A stretch of DNA of 64,000 bases, from NCBI RefSeq assembly GCF_006345805.1, contig NC_042999.1, forward strand, positions 69,130,001 to 69,194,000, read 5' to 3'. The position numbers were made by a program, and so were the translations under genes. A model generated the notes under the pieces. It was not told where the DNA came from and did no database searches. It worked only from the letters and a program-made list of their open reading frames with translations. Origin of the DNA: Octopus sinensis (lineage: Eukaryota). Of the stretch, positions 12,401 to 24,309 are shown one piece after another; within the stretch, counting starts at the first letter, position 1; every line of letters begins with the position of its first letter.

Positions 12401-13709
12401 TGTTAACTAAAACCTCAGTCTTTGCCAAGTTTTCTGCCTCAAGATTTTGCTACCAGCCATGCCCATGCACACAGTCTATCTCGGATGAACGCACACCCTC
12501 TACAACTGATTTTCCCAACACCCATCTCTACCAGTCTTCACTCACTGCACTGCCCTCCCCCTATCTCCCACTCTCATGAAACTACCTATTCACTCACCCC
12601 GTCCAATCTTCTGCACTACTTCATTTATTTTCCCCTCCCTCTAACTTGAAGTTACACCCCCAACACATATTCATGACCAACATCTCTCTCTCTCTTTTCC
12701 AACAGAGTAGTCATGTATACCTCTACTGCAAGACACCTGTTCCTGTCCCTCTATCATACATTAACTTGGTCATCATCTGATTGAATACCACCCCCACCTC
12801 CACCACCACCTCAGGTGAGGGTTCTTGTCTTGTAAGTTACTTGGTGACCTCTCTGGTGTTAGTGCCATGTAAAAGAAAATGCTGTACACTCTGTGTTGTG
12901 GCTGCCATTAGGAACAACATCCAAATGTAGAAACTGTGCCAAAGTGGAGTTTGGCACAATCTTCTGGCTTACCAGCTCCTGTTAAACTGTCCAAGCCATG
13001 CCAACATGGAACATGGACATAAAACGATGATGATGATGATGATGAAGATGATGAATGGAATTTCTTCACTAAATTTTTAACAGATTCTGTTCTAAGAACT
13101 AGATCATTGCCATAGAGAAGTTTCCAGAATCAAAAAGATTTAAACCTCTCTGTTATGGCCCGCAGAACTTTAATAAACAGGAGGAGACAGAAGACTGAGC
13201 CCTGAAGGACCCCTAGATTTACACTAAAGTCATCCCTATACTCATTGCTTGTTTAATTTCTGCCTAAATCTAATATTGATTATAGGTAAATACTAGCTGT
13301 GGGTTACCCCTGTGTTGTGGTTCTTCAGCTTTGCTGATCAGGGGCTGTTAAGTAACAACACTAACCACTTAATAAAGAACACACAGGATAACGCAGTCCG
13401 AGATACACTATTCCTGAAAATAACATAGGATGGTCATATTTAGAACATCCTTGTTTAATGTATCAGAGCATTGGTCTGCTCTGATGCATTAAACAACAAA
13501 ATTAATCTATAAAGAATCTCTATCATTCTGCTAGAAATAGCAGTCAAAAGTCCTTTAAAAGAAACCTTTCTTACAAAATGGAAAGACACATGAGATAATA
13601 TAGACTGGGGGACATAATACCAAGGAAAAAATAGACAGGATAGTCATGGCTAGAAGGCCGTAATCATAAAGGACTGCTTAGTCAGAGCAAACTAGAGCTA
13701 AACAACAAT

Positions 13710-14001
13710 TTACATATATATACAAATATAGGCATAAACACACATACATACATACATACATACACACACAATGCCTGAGAAAACAGACAGGATGGTCATA
13801 ACTGAGGCGTCTTTAATTATATGTCTGCTTGGCCAGATCTGAACTAGTACTAAACAACAATTCACACACACATACATATACACATACATACACATATATG
13901 CACACATACACACACACGTATATATACATGCACACATACACATATATATGCACACATACATGTATACATACTTATATATGCACACACGCATACAAACACA
14001 C

Positions 14002-14047
<46 letters not shown>

Positions 14048-14390
14048 TCACACACATGTATATTTAATTATATACATACACACATGCATACACATATGTA
14101 TACATATATGTACACACACACACACATATATAAATATAGACACACATACATGTATATAATCACACACACATACACACACACACATATCATGCTGCACTTA
14201 AAAGCATGAAGACATTTTCAAATAATTACATAATTATAGATTTAAAGAAAAATTGTAAGGAAAATAATAAAAACTTTCACCACCACTCCTACCACAATTA
14301 CCACCATCACTGCCACCGCCACCACCACCCCACCACCACTGCAGCAGCCGCCGCCACCATCACCACCACTACTACAACTGAAACAGTCGT
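13710..14390. repeat. Compound (CA)/(TA)/(TACA) and (CAC) microsatellites
   Basis: Read directly. Confidence 0.9.
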
Positions 14391-14744
14391 TCATCTGTAA
14401 AATAATCAATTCACACAAATAGTATTGATTTAGAAGAAACCACCACCCCACTGTTTAATGCCACCCCCTCCATTCCCAATCACCATCTCTCCTTCCCTCC
14501 TCCTTTCTGCCACTCCCCCCCACTTCTCTTCCAACCACCTCCACTACCAAATGTATCTTAAGGCTACCAGGAACAGTTGCCAAACTGTCTTTCATCCTCT
14601 CCCTGCCAGTCCCCACCACCACCACCACCTCAGCCTTGTAGTGCGCTGTTTATGTAAAAGACATGAAGCATATTTCGAACGCTGGTCAAATTATTGTTAA
14701 CATATCAAACACACAAGCAACATGGAAAAACTGACTGGAAATCG

Positions 14745-15128
14745 TCATGGAACTCCATCGGTTATGACAACAAGGGTTCCAGTTGATCCGATTAACGGAA
14801 TGGCCTGCTCGTGATATCAACATGCAAGTGGCTGAGCACTCCACAGACACGTGTACCCTTAACATAGTTCTCGGGGAGATTCAGCATGACACAAATTGTG
14901 ACAAGGCTAGCCCTTTGAAATACAGGTACAACAGAAACAGAGAGAAAGAGTGAGAGGAAGTTGTGGTGAAAGAGTAAAGTAGGGTTTGCCACTAGCCCCT
15001 GCCGGAGCCTCGTGGAGCTTTAGGTGTTTTCGCTCAATAATCACTCACAACACCCGGTCTGGGAATCGAAACCACGATCCTACAACTGCAAGTCCGCTGC
15101 CCTAACCACTGGGCCATTGCACCTCCAC
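14745..15128 (-). mobile_element. tRNA-derived SINE 'family D'
   Basis: Minus strand TGGAGGTGCAATGGCCCAGTGGTTAGGGCAGCGGAC...GGTTTCGATTCCC head. Body GTGGCTGAGCACTCCACAGACACGTG also occurs as fragments near 20710 and 63570-63790. Confidence 0.85.
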
Positions 15129-15179
15129 TGACTGGAAATAATCTATACAGAAAAAAGAAGACCTATCAAGCCAAGCAAA

Positions 15180-16152
15180 ATTGCAGCTGTGGCAGTTACT
15201 GGTGTCAGTAACAAATTGGCACCCATGCTGGTGGCACATAAACACACTCTGGTGTCATGCAGATGCACCCATTGCACTCTCGGACTGGTTGGTGTCAGGA
15301 AGGGCATCCAACCATAGAAAACCATGCCAAATAAGACTGGAGTCTGGTGCAGCCTTCCAGCATGCCAGCCCCAGTGAGACCGTCCAACCCATGCCAGCAT
15401 GGACAACAGGCGTTAAATGATGATGACGATGATGATGATGATGAAAGATAAGATGAATGTGCAGTTAAGAAATTTGTTTTGCAACTACATGTTTTCAGGT
15501 TCAATCCAACTGCAAGGCACCTAGCTGCTTGGTGTCTATCACTGAAAAGGCAAAACCAGGCCAAAACCACCTGATCTGCTAGTCCAAGCAATGGAAGAAA
15601 CGGTGATTGTCTGCCCCTGGCAATAGCTATGATGTGCTTTTATGCACCACGTAACCATGTAAGAGCTTACTCTCTTGATAAATACTGCAATTTTTTAAGC
15701 ATTCTAACGCAACTTCCACTTTTAAGTGGTGAATATTTTACCTCTTATACGTTGGGCATCTGTTTTACCTCTTAGACATTGGGCCTCACAGAGGGGATGA
15801 CAGGGGATCAAGACTCTTGGTGGTTTGCTGTGCTTGAGAAGACATGTCAAGCTAAGTAAAATCAAGGTTGTTCTTACATACAGGCATGTCCCCTGCATTT
15901 TTCTCCAGCTGAGCGTTCCTAATCTTGCAGGCTTGTGGGTGCTGGTGCTACATAAATGCTCCCATGCTGGTACTGCGCAAAAAAATCACCCAGTCCAGTC
16001 TGTAAAGTGGTTGGCATCAGGAAGAGCATCCAGCCGTAGAAACCATGCTGAAACATGAAGCCTGGGCAGATCATCAGTTGGCCAGCTCCTGTCAAACAGA
16101 CCAATCCATATCAGCATGGAAAACAGATGTTAAATGATGTTGATGAGGATGA
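15180..16152 (+). mobile_element. Two RTE 3'-end copies (about 15180-15445 and 15800-16152)
   Basis: Family A motifs with (GAT)n tails. Confidence 0.75.
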
Positions 16153-16163
16153 TATATATATAT

Positions 16164-16447
16164 ACTATGCCTCGGAAAACCTAATCAATGCCATTACCTG
16201 CTTAGGTGCGGTAATCAATATATTGGCCAAACAGGAATATTACTCCATCGAAGAAACACTCTTCACAAATAACAAATCCGCCACCCACAATACAGATATA
16301 GGTCAGTGAACACATAGATAGGTATGCTAGGAACCTTAATCCTAATTTCCTAATTTTCCCCTTCTATCAATGTTCACAAAACACCTCAGCACAGTAAAGA
16401 TTGAATAGAGAAGCAACTTTCAGCAATAACTATTATCCACAACTTAA
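16164..16447 (+). pseudogene. Penelope-like element GIY-YIG endonuclease remnant
   Basis: Joining frames gives ASENLINAITC-(L)GCGNQYIGQTGILLHRRNTLHK*QIRHPQYR-VSEHIDRY...FLIFPFYQC...RLNREA...YPQLN. This matches the PLE pattern N(L/V)IY.I.C..C...YIGQT...R...H...I...EH...F...E..I...P.LN. Confidence 0.8.
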
Positions 16448-16854
16448 CATGAACACAACATAATACAGAACATTACTAACCTTACCATTAATGCCACTAA
16501 CACCCATACATTCCTTATACCATTCATATTACAGTATTATATCGACTATAACTGCACCACGTCCAGAACTACTTACCTCCCTTACACAATCTTTTTACTC
16601 AGGGACTAGTAGACCCAACACCGTTTGATAATCAGTACGCATTCAAAGCCAGTGAACAGCAATACCGGTTTGACTTTGAATCTCTTTATCAATTCAAAAT
16701 AATGAATTTAATTCCTCTTAATTCTACCTCAGTTCATCTAATTGTATTTATTTATCACTACTTTTCATTAAAAAAAGCCTTTATTTTTTTGATATTCAAT
16801 GTGCATTTTCACTTTTTGTTATTTTCTCCATATCTTTTCCATGTGTAGTTTCTG

Positions 16855-17030
16855 TTTTCATCCGATCGTGGCCGTTTGCCAGCCTCGTCTGGTTGGCGTT
16901 AAGAAGGGCATCCAGCCATAGAAACATAGCCAGATTAGACTGGGCCTGGTGCATCCTTCTGGCTTCCCAGACCCCAGTTGAACCGTCCAACCCATGCCAG
17001 CATGGAAAGCGGACACTAAACGATGATGAT
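16855..17030 (+). mobile_element. RTE 3'-end copy, CpG-rich
   Basis: Family A tail followed by (GAT)n(TA)n. Confidence 0.85.
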
Positions 17031-17459
17031 ATATATATATATATATATATATATCTCAAGGGCCTGCGGTGATCTTTCTGGCTGTGGAAGCTATGACCAA
17101 AATTTTTTGTCACATAGATATTTGAATAAAATTGACATGTTCAAATCATACAGCCATTTTTAAAATTAAAAAAATCACATTTTATCTTAAGGGTGTTCTG
17201 TAATTTGAAAAAGTATAAAATATTAGTTGAATAAACACAGAAAACTACATGTTATCTTTCCACTGTTTTTCTGATGGAAGCAGAATGTTAACTTGCTTTC
17301 CTTCCCCTATGTAAGTGTTACATAACAATGTAAGATTATGTATATCATAGGTATTACATATTAACAGAAACTTAACCTAAGCGTATAAGTATTTATTAGC
17401 ATCTAAAACTATTCGTTATCAGCTCTTACTAGAAAAAAATTGCCTTTGTGGCATTTTTA

Positions 17460-17671
17460 TTACTCTTTTACTCTTTTACTTGTTTCAGTCATTTGACTGC
17501 GGCCATGCTGGAGCACCGCCTTTAGTCGAGCAAATCAACCCCGGGACTTATTCTTTGTAAGCCCAGTACTTATTGTATCGGTGTCTTTTGCCGAACCGCT
17601 AAGTTACGGGGACGTAAACACACCAGCATCGGTTGTCAAGCAATGCTAGGGGGACAAACACAGACACACAA

Positions 17672-17704
<33 letters not shown>

Positions 17705-17876
17705 CATATATACGACAGGCTTCTTTCAGTTTCCGTCTACCAAATCCACTCACAAGGCACTGGTCGGCCCGAGGCTATAGCAGAAGACACTTGCCCAAGA
17801 TGCCACGCAGTGGGACTGAACCCGGAACCATGTGGTTGCTTAGCAAGCTACTTACCACACAGCCACTCCTGCGCCT
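17460..17876 (-). mobile_element. Full-length, well-preserved SINE family B
   Basis: Head GGCGCAGGAGTGGCTGTGTGGTAAG...GGTTCAGTCCC, internal (TA)/(GT) tract, GGCGGTGCTCCAGCATGGCC stem-loop and (AGTAAAAG)n tail. Confidence 0.9.
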
Positions 17877-19140
17877 GGGAAAAAAAATGTTAAAATATTA
17901 CACCATAAAGGATGCAACAGCTTGTGTTGCTTCCCTTGCAGAGATTTTTGTTTTTTTGTCATCTGCCACTGCTTGTTACTTCACCACTTGTACCAAGACA
18001 CCATGGTCCAGCTTTTTTCTTTTTACAATTTTACCTTATCTTGGATAAATATGGAATGGTATTTATGTAAAGGTAACATTAAGCTAAATAATCTAAGGAT
18101 TGATTTAAGCAAAATGTTGGTATCACCACTGACAAATGGTATGTAAATAATGCATGGTGCATACCATTCCATTTGTGGGGTCATGCAGTGAATTAGACTG
18201 GCAGCCATGGGGATTTCCCCCTCATAAAGGAAGTGTCAGACCATTAGTTGGAAGAAAATTGGTGGTGTACCTGTAATGCAAAGCATTTTTTCTAAATAAT
18301 GAACCAGAAGACAAAATGGGATGGCCATAAGATGGAAAAATTGAGACACAAAAACGAACCTAGCAAACTGCGGTTTCTTGCTGGCAGCATTCCAGCTGGT
18401 TTAGAGGAAATTATACATTCTTAAGAAGCAATTACTAGCGGAAGGTATGTAGTTCAAGTATTGGTCAACAAGCACTTAACATATTTCATTACTTCACAAC
18501 AACAAACCAACAACTTGGATCAAACTGGGTGTTTTTTTTTTTTTTTGTTTTTTTTTTTAACTGCTTGTTAGTGAATTTAAAGATGAAAGTCATTTTAGAA
18601 ATGTATAATTAAATATCAGACAATTTATTGGACTCTAAAAAGGAAATAGTTTTATTTGGTGAAAAATGATAGCAATTAGACCAGAAGTCTCTTAAGATTT
18701 TCAGAGTTTATATTTTCAGTTTTAAGAGAGCTGCACATATATGCACTTATATGCACACACTCACTCACACATTGGTGTTGGTAAACAAGAGTTTTTCCTC
18801 ATAGCTAAAGCACTTTGTGTGGTTAACAAGCATCAAGCACAAACATCATTATTTCAGACCCATTATCAGACTGAAACCAACTACATGAAATAATCCACTT
18901 TATAACTCACAAATATAACAGACCCAACGCTCATATGACATAGATTTTATGTCAAGTATTTTATGTTTTTGCATGGAAATACAAATATTATATTATTGTG
19001 GTTTTGTATTTGGTTTACAAGTTTCTTGATGCAAAAACATGAGTTGAAACAGATTTCATTGTCGTATCTTGGGTGGGTCGTTTTGTCAATAAGAACACAC
19101 ACACTGATTCTGGTGAGCTGGCAGAATGGTGAGTTCATCA

Positions 19141-20248
19141 GACAAAAGGTCACAACAGTCCCCTGGAACAAGATACCAGTCCATTGCAAGGTTACCTATT
19201 TACACCAAGTGGATTGGAGTTACACGAAATGAAGTGTCTTGCTCAAGGACACAATACACCACCTTGCCTGGGAATTGAAAGCCTGATCTTGCTATCATGA
19301 GTGCCACACACCTTCACTGGACCCTGTTAGATGGTCATAACATCTCTTTCTTTATGATCTTTACGTTTTGAGTTCAAATGCTGCTGAGGTCAACTTTGCC
19401 TTTCATACTTCCAGGGCCAGCAGAATTAAGTACCAGTCAATTAATGGGGTCCATGTAATTGACTTGCTCCCTTCCCCCAGATTTGCTGGCCTTGTGCCCA
19501 AAACTTGAAATAATTATTATTACTCATTTAAAGTTTGATTGATTGATTGATGAATTTCTCAATCAATCATTCAATCAGCTGATTTGTCAAAATCTTTTTA
19601 TCACTCTGCCTGACTGTCCCTTGTGCTGGTGGCACGTAAAAAGCACACACTACACTCTTGGAGTGGTTGTCATTAGGAAGGGCATCCAGCTGTAGAAACT
19701 TTGCCAGATCAGATTGGAGCCTGGTGCAGCCTTCTGGTTCGCCAGTCTCCTAATCAAACTGTCCAACCCATGTCAGCATGGAAAGCAGACGTTAAATGAC
19801 GATGATGATGATGATGACAACCTCCTCAATGATAAGTGCTTGTTTTATTAAGAGACAATGAAAGAGACCTGGATTAATGAGGGCATGTTATCAATGAGAT
19901 TGTTAACGGCAATAAAAAGAACTTTAATGGAAAAAGCTAGAAGCAATGGGAACATGATGTTATCAAAACAGTTTGGAGTACATCATAAATGAACAGGTTT
20001 GCAAAATCCCCCAGCATCATATCATTCTTGAAGAAAAGAAAGAGATGTTATGACCACATAACAGGGTCCAGTGAAGGTGAGTGGTACTCATGATTGCAAA
20101 ATCATGGTTTCAATTCCCAGGACAGGTGTTGCATTGTGTCCTTGAGCAAGACACTTCATTTCATGTAACTCCAACCCACTCGGTTGTAAATAGGTGACCT
20201 TGCAATGAACTGGTATCTTGTTCCAGGGGACTGTTGTGACCTTTGGTC
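19141..20248. repeat. About 210-bp inverted repeat (19141-19353 / 20035-20248) containing a decayed SINE
   Basis: Arms are about 90% identical by eye and share non-SINE flank (AAAGAAAGAGATGTTATGACCA) and the same deletion in the tRNA head. Confidence 0.85.
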
Positions 20249-20634
20249 ATTTACATGCCATGGAAACAGCTCCATGAGTCCTAGGAGTCAAGTCAGTAAT
20301 ATCCAGTGGCAAAGAACATTCTTCAAGGAACTCTAGAAGGTAGATGGGTTGAGGAAAAGACTAATGGGCAAGTAAAGAATAATTAAATAAATCATTAGCA
20401 GTGACCTGTGAGCTCTGGTACATAGTCATGACAGATGAAGAAGATTGGTACCCAATGTGTCAAAATGGTACTCCTACAATACTATCCGGGCTTAAGAAAC
20501 CAAGCAGATTATCAGAACAATAAAACTTACCCAGATTTCCTCCCCTATAAACTCATTTTCCTTCCTTATAAACCCTCTTACTGTAAATTCCTTTAAATAG
20601 TTTGGCATTTACGCTTTACATAATAATTACAAAC

Positions 20635-20710
20635 CATTATTTACATTATTTACAATTGATGGTTATTTGTCTTCATCTTGTTTGTTGTTAACACAACGTT
20701 TCGGCTGATA
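20635..20710 (-). mobile_element. 3' tail fragment of the hammerhead-bearing SINE-like family (see 56241-56564)
   Basis: Minus strand TATCAGCCGAAACGTTGTGTTAACAACAAACAAGATGA..., homologous to 56271-56347, truncated by a family D fragment. Confidence 0.85.
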
Positions 20711-21844
20711 AACACGTGTCTGTGGAGCCCTCGGCCACTTACATACTAATTTCATAAGCAGGCTGTTCTGTTGATTGTATCAACTGGAACCCTTGTCATC
20801 ATAACTGAAGGAGAGCCATTTTTGTCATAAACTTCATTAATGGCACTGCTCCAGTATGGACACAACTTCTGGATGAAATTAATAGTAGAACAATAATTTC
20901 AAATTCTGGTACAGGGCCAGTAGATTCCAAGAGGAGGATGAAGTCAATTATATCGACCCCAGTGAATGTTTGGTACTTATTTTATTGACCCTGGAAGGAT
21001 GAAAATAAAGTCAACCTTAGTGGAATTTGAACTCAGATCAAAAAATAAATAAACTGCTACTAAGCATTTCACCCAACAGGTTAACATTTCTACCAGTCAG
21101 TCACCGTAATTGATACCAGAATAATTACACTAAGTTCTATCTATTTAACCTATTTATGAATTACTAGAGTACATGTACAAGCACCCCCACACAAAAATTC
21201 TCTTTTTCTATATTAATTTTGTTTTAGATTGCAGAAGAACCAATTATTTGTAATGGCCTATATACTGTATCTTCATAAGAAACCACAAAAACATCATTAA
21301 GTGGTGTCATACCATTTAACTGTCAAAAATTCACAGTCACTGCAATAATAAAAGAAATGTTATCCCATTAACCTACAACTAGAACCTTCTCAGTTGCTTC
21401 AAATACCAGACTTCATCACCATTGGAGATCTTTCCTGGTGAATATACATCTTCAACATAGCAAAGAGAACATCCCAGAGACTGTCTTCTTTTATTGTCAC
21501 AGCCACAAAATACTTCAGAGCCCTATAACTGCTAATCTTCTATAAAGCTGAGGTGAGGCCCAGAGAAGTGTACAGCTCTTAGAATTAAGGATCGTCATCT
21601 TCAATAGTATATACACACATTTATATATGCACAACAACACACTTATGTATGCACACACACACACACACACACATCATTAAATTTTTTATATGCTTTACAA
21701 AAGAATTGCCTCAGTTATATAAAAAATTAAGATGTGTTCTTCAGAAGAGTCTACAGGAATAAGTTTGGAAATGTATTTTTATATATTGTGGAAATATATG
21801 CATGTTTATATAAACAATGATGATGATGATGATGATGATATATA

Positions 21845-22012
21845 TACAGGTGCAGGTGTGTGGAAAGAAGCTTGCTTCCTGCTTCCCAACCAAATGGTTC
21901 CAGGTTCAGTCACACTGAGTGGCACCTTGGGCAAGTGTCTGCTACTATAACTTCAGGCTAACAAAAGCCTTGTGAGTGGATTTGGTAGACGGAAACTGAA
22001 AGAAGCCCACAG

Positions 22013-22049
<37 letters not shown>

Positions 22050-22247
22050 ATTTGTGTGTCTGTGTTTGTCCCTCAACCATTGCTTGACAACCAATTTTGG
22101 TGTGTTTACATTCCCATAACTTAGCAGAGTCCAATAGAATAAGTATTAGGCTTACAAAGAATAAGTCCTGGGGTCGATCTGTCCGACTAAAGATGGTGCT
22201 CCAGCATGGCCGCAGTCAAATGACTGGAAAAAGTAAAAGAATAAAAA

Positions 22248-22250
<3 letters not shown>
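21845..22250 (+). mobile_element. SINE family B
   Basis: Head, internal microsatellite and tail as at 17460-17876. Confidence 0.85.
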
Positions 22251-22291
<41 letters not shown>

Positions 22292-22580
22292 ACCATCGTG
22301 TAACATCCATTTTCTTTGCAGATCAATGCAACTCCTTGTCTGAGTCAGCATGTCTCACAAAACAGAGAGCCACAAAACAGAGGGGCTGGAGTAACAGTGT
22401 GTGGGTTTACTCCGTATGCAAATCTTATTTGTTTAATCCCTGAGTAATAATGAGTTTATAGAGGCTGTCTCCATGAACTGTCAAAGATGATACTCATTTT
22501 ATTGATGAACTCCCAGCAGAGGACTAAAACCAGTCCAGCTGATACCTCTTTTCTGCTCATCAAGATAACTGTATATAAAG

Positions 22581-23049
22581 CAGGGCTGTGGAGATGGAGT
22601 CGGAGTCATGAAGTCAGTCAGAGTCGTGGAGTCATGGAGTCAGTTGGAGTTGTGGAGTCAGTTGGAGTCGTGGAGTCAGTCGAAGTCGTGGAATCAGTTG
22701 GAGTCAGTCGAAGTCGTGGAGTCAGTTGGAGTCATGGAGTTAGTCAGAGTCATGGAGTCAGAGTTGTGGAGTCGGAGTCAGAAACAATTAAGGGGTAGCT
22801 GGAGTCAGAGACAGTAAAATTATACCGACTGATTCTGACTCACAATATCTTTATTCTTTAATATAAACCAGTTATAACATATAGACCTACTCAAAGTACA
22901 AGTGTATGCATATGCTTTATGAGATATGTAGACCACAATCACTTAATGACATAAAGAGGAGTTGGAGTAGGAATCTGAGTCAGAAGTGCCAATAGTAGAG
23001 GAGCCAGAATCAAAGTTGAAGTTTTTTTTGTTTCGACTCCACAGCCCTG
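22581..23049. mobile_element. hAT-type MITE with GGAGTC subterminal repeat array
   Basis: TIRs CAGGGCTGTGGAG / CTCCACAGCCCTG. 8-bp flanks ATATAAAG and ATATATAG (7/8) fit a hAT TSD. More than 25 GRAGTC-like repeats. Confidence 0.85.
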
Positions 23050-23552
23050 ATATATAGACAAGGTATTTACATCCGTATATATACACACAGCATTATATAT
23101 GGATAGGTTGTTGAGCCATCTATATGACTCTACTCAGAAGGCTGTAATATTATTTGTCAGGAACAAGGTATAAAGAAATACATGGAACAAGGTGGTAACT
23201 TTAAATGTCTTTAATGCCAGCCACACGTATATATACACATGTTGAATGATAAATGAAAGTGTTTGATGGACATTTATCCATATATCTACATGCATCTGCG
23301 TGGGCTGTATGCTAGCTGTTAACCCTGGTGAGGAAAGCTCATGAACAGTAATATGTTAGAACCAGTGCAATGTGTTGGGGCTGTGTAGATGTTGTTACCG
23401 ACGTTGGAGAGAAACATGATGGTGGCGATGAAGATGGAGGTCACTGTAATGTGGTTAGATCTTAGAAGGTCTAGAACCAACAGACCCCGAGGCTAGGAGG
23501 AAGTGAGTTTTTATAGCTAACAGTAGGCTCAAATGCAGTTTAGGACAGACTC

Positions 23553-23771
23553 TCATGTGATTCATTTGGAGGCTGCAATTGGTTGGGATGCATATTGGCG
23601 TGTGATAGAGTAAGAGACAAATTGTGACAATACCAACCAATCAGAGTGGTAGACTCAATGGGGTACAAAACAGCGTCCAAAGGCTAGCTGTTACCTGCTA
23701 CGCTTGTATGTATATATAATAGGGAGATGAAGTTTACTAGAGCTCGCTACATACATATATCATTTGATTGG
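23553..23771. promoter_or_regulatory. Candidate cis-regulatory cluster in a non-repetitive island
   Basis: TCATGTGA at 23553, CCAAT/ATTGG at 23578, 23594, 23637 and 23767. Motif content only. Confidence 0.3.
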
Positions 23772-24160
23772 TATGCTGTATTAATTTCACATTATATGCA
23801 ATGTGAAACTTTTATGTTTTTATGTTGTTTTTGTTTTCACTGCTTTTTTTTTCAAAGTCTCGCTAACCAGACTGCTACAATTTAAAATATTCTTTCTATA
23901 TTAAATAAATAAATAAATAAATAAAACAAACTGAAAATTTCATTTTTATTTACATTAGTCCTTCAATTCTGACAGACTAAACTTATTAGCTAGGTTAATG
24001 ATTCTAATTAGAACATCAATCTCATTACATTTTTTTAAAACTATTTAATAATAGTATTCCTATTATTTGATAGCTAATTTATTGTCGTTGTTGTTGTTAC
24101 TGCTGCTGCTGTTGTTATTAGGTATCAAATTCTATTCTTAATTTAGCAAAATCAATAGAG

Positions 24161-24219
<59 letters not shown>

Positions 24220-24309
24220 ATAGAAATATTTTACTTTAACATGAGGAAGACAAAGAAGAAGAACAAGAACAACGATTGCAAATAGCAAGTCAATTATTAT
24301 CTATTACAT

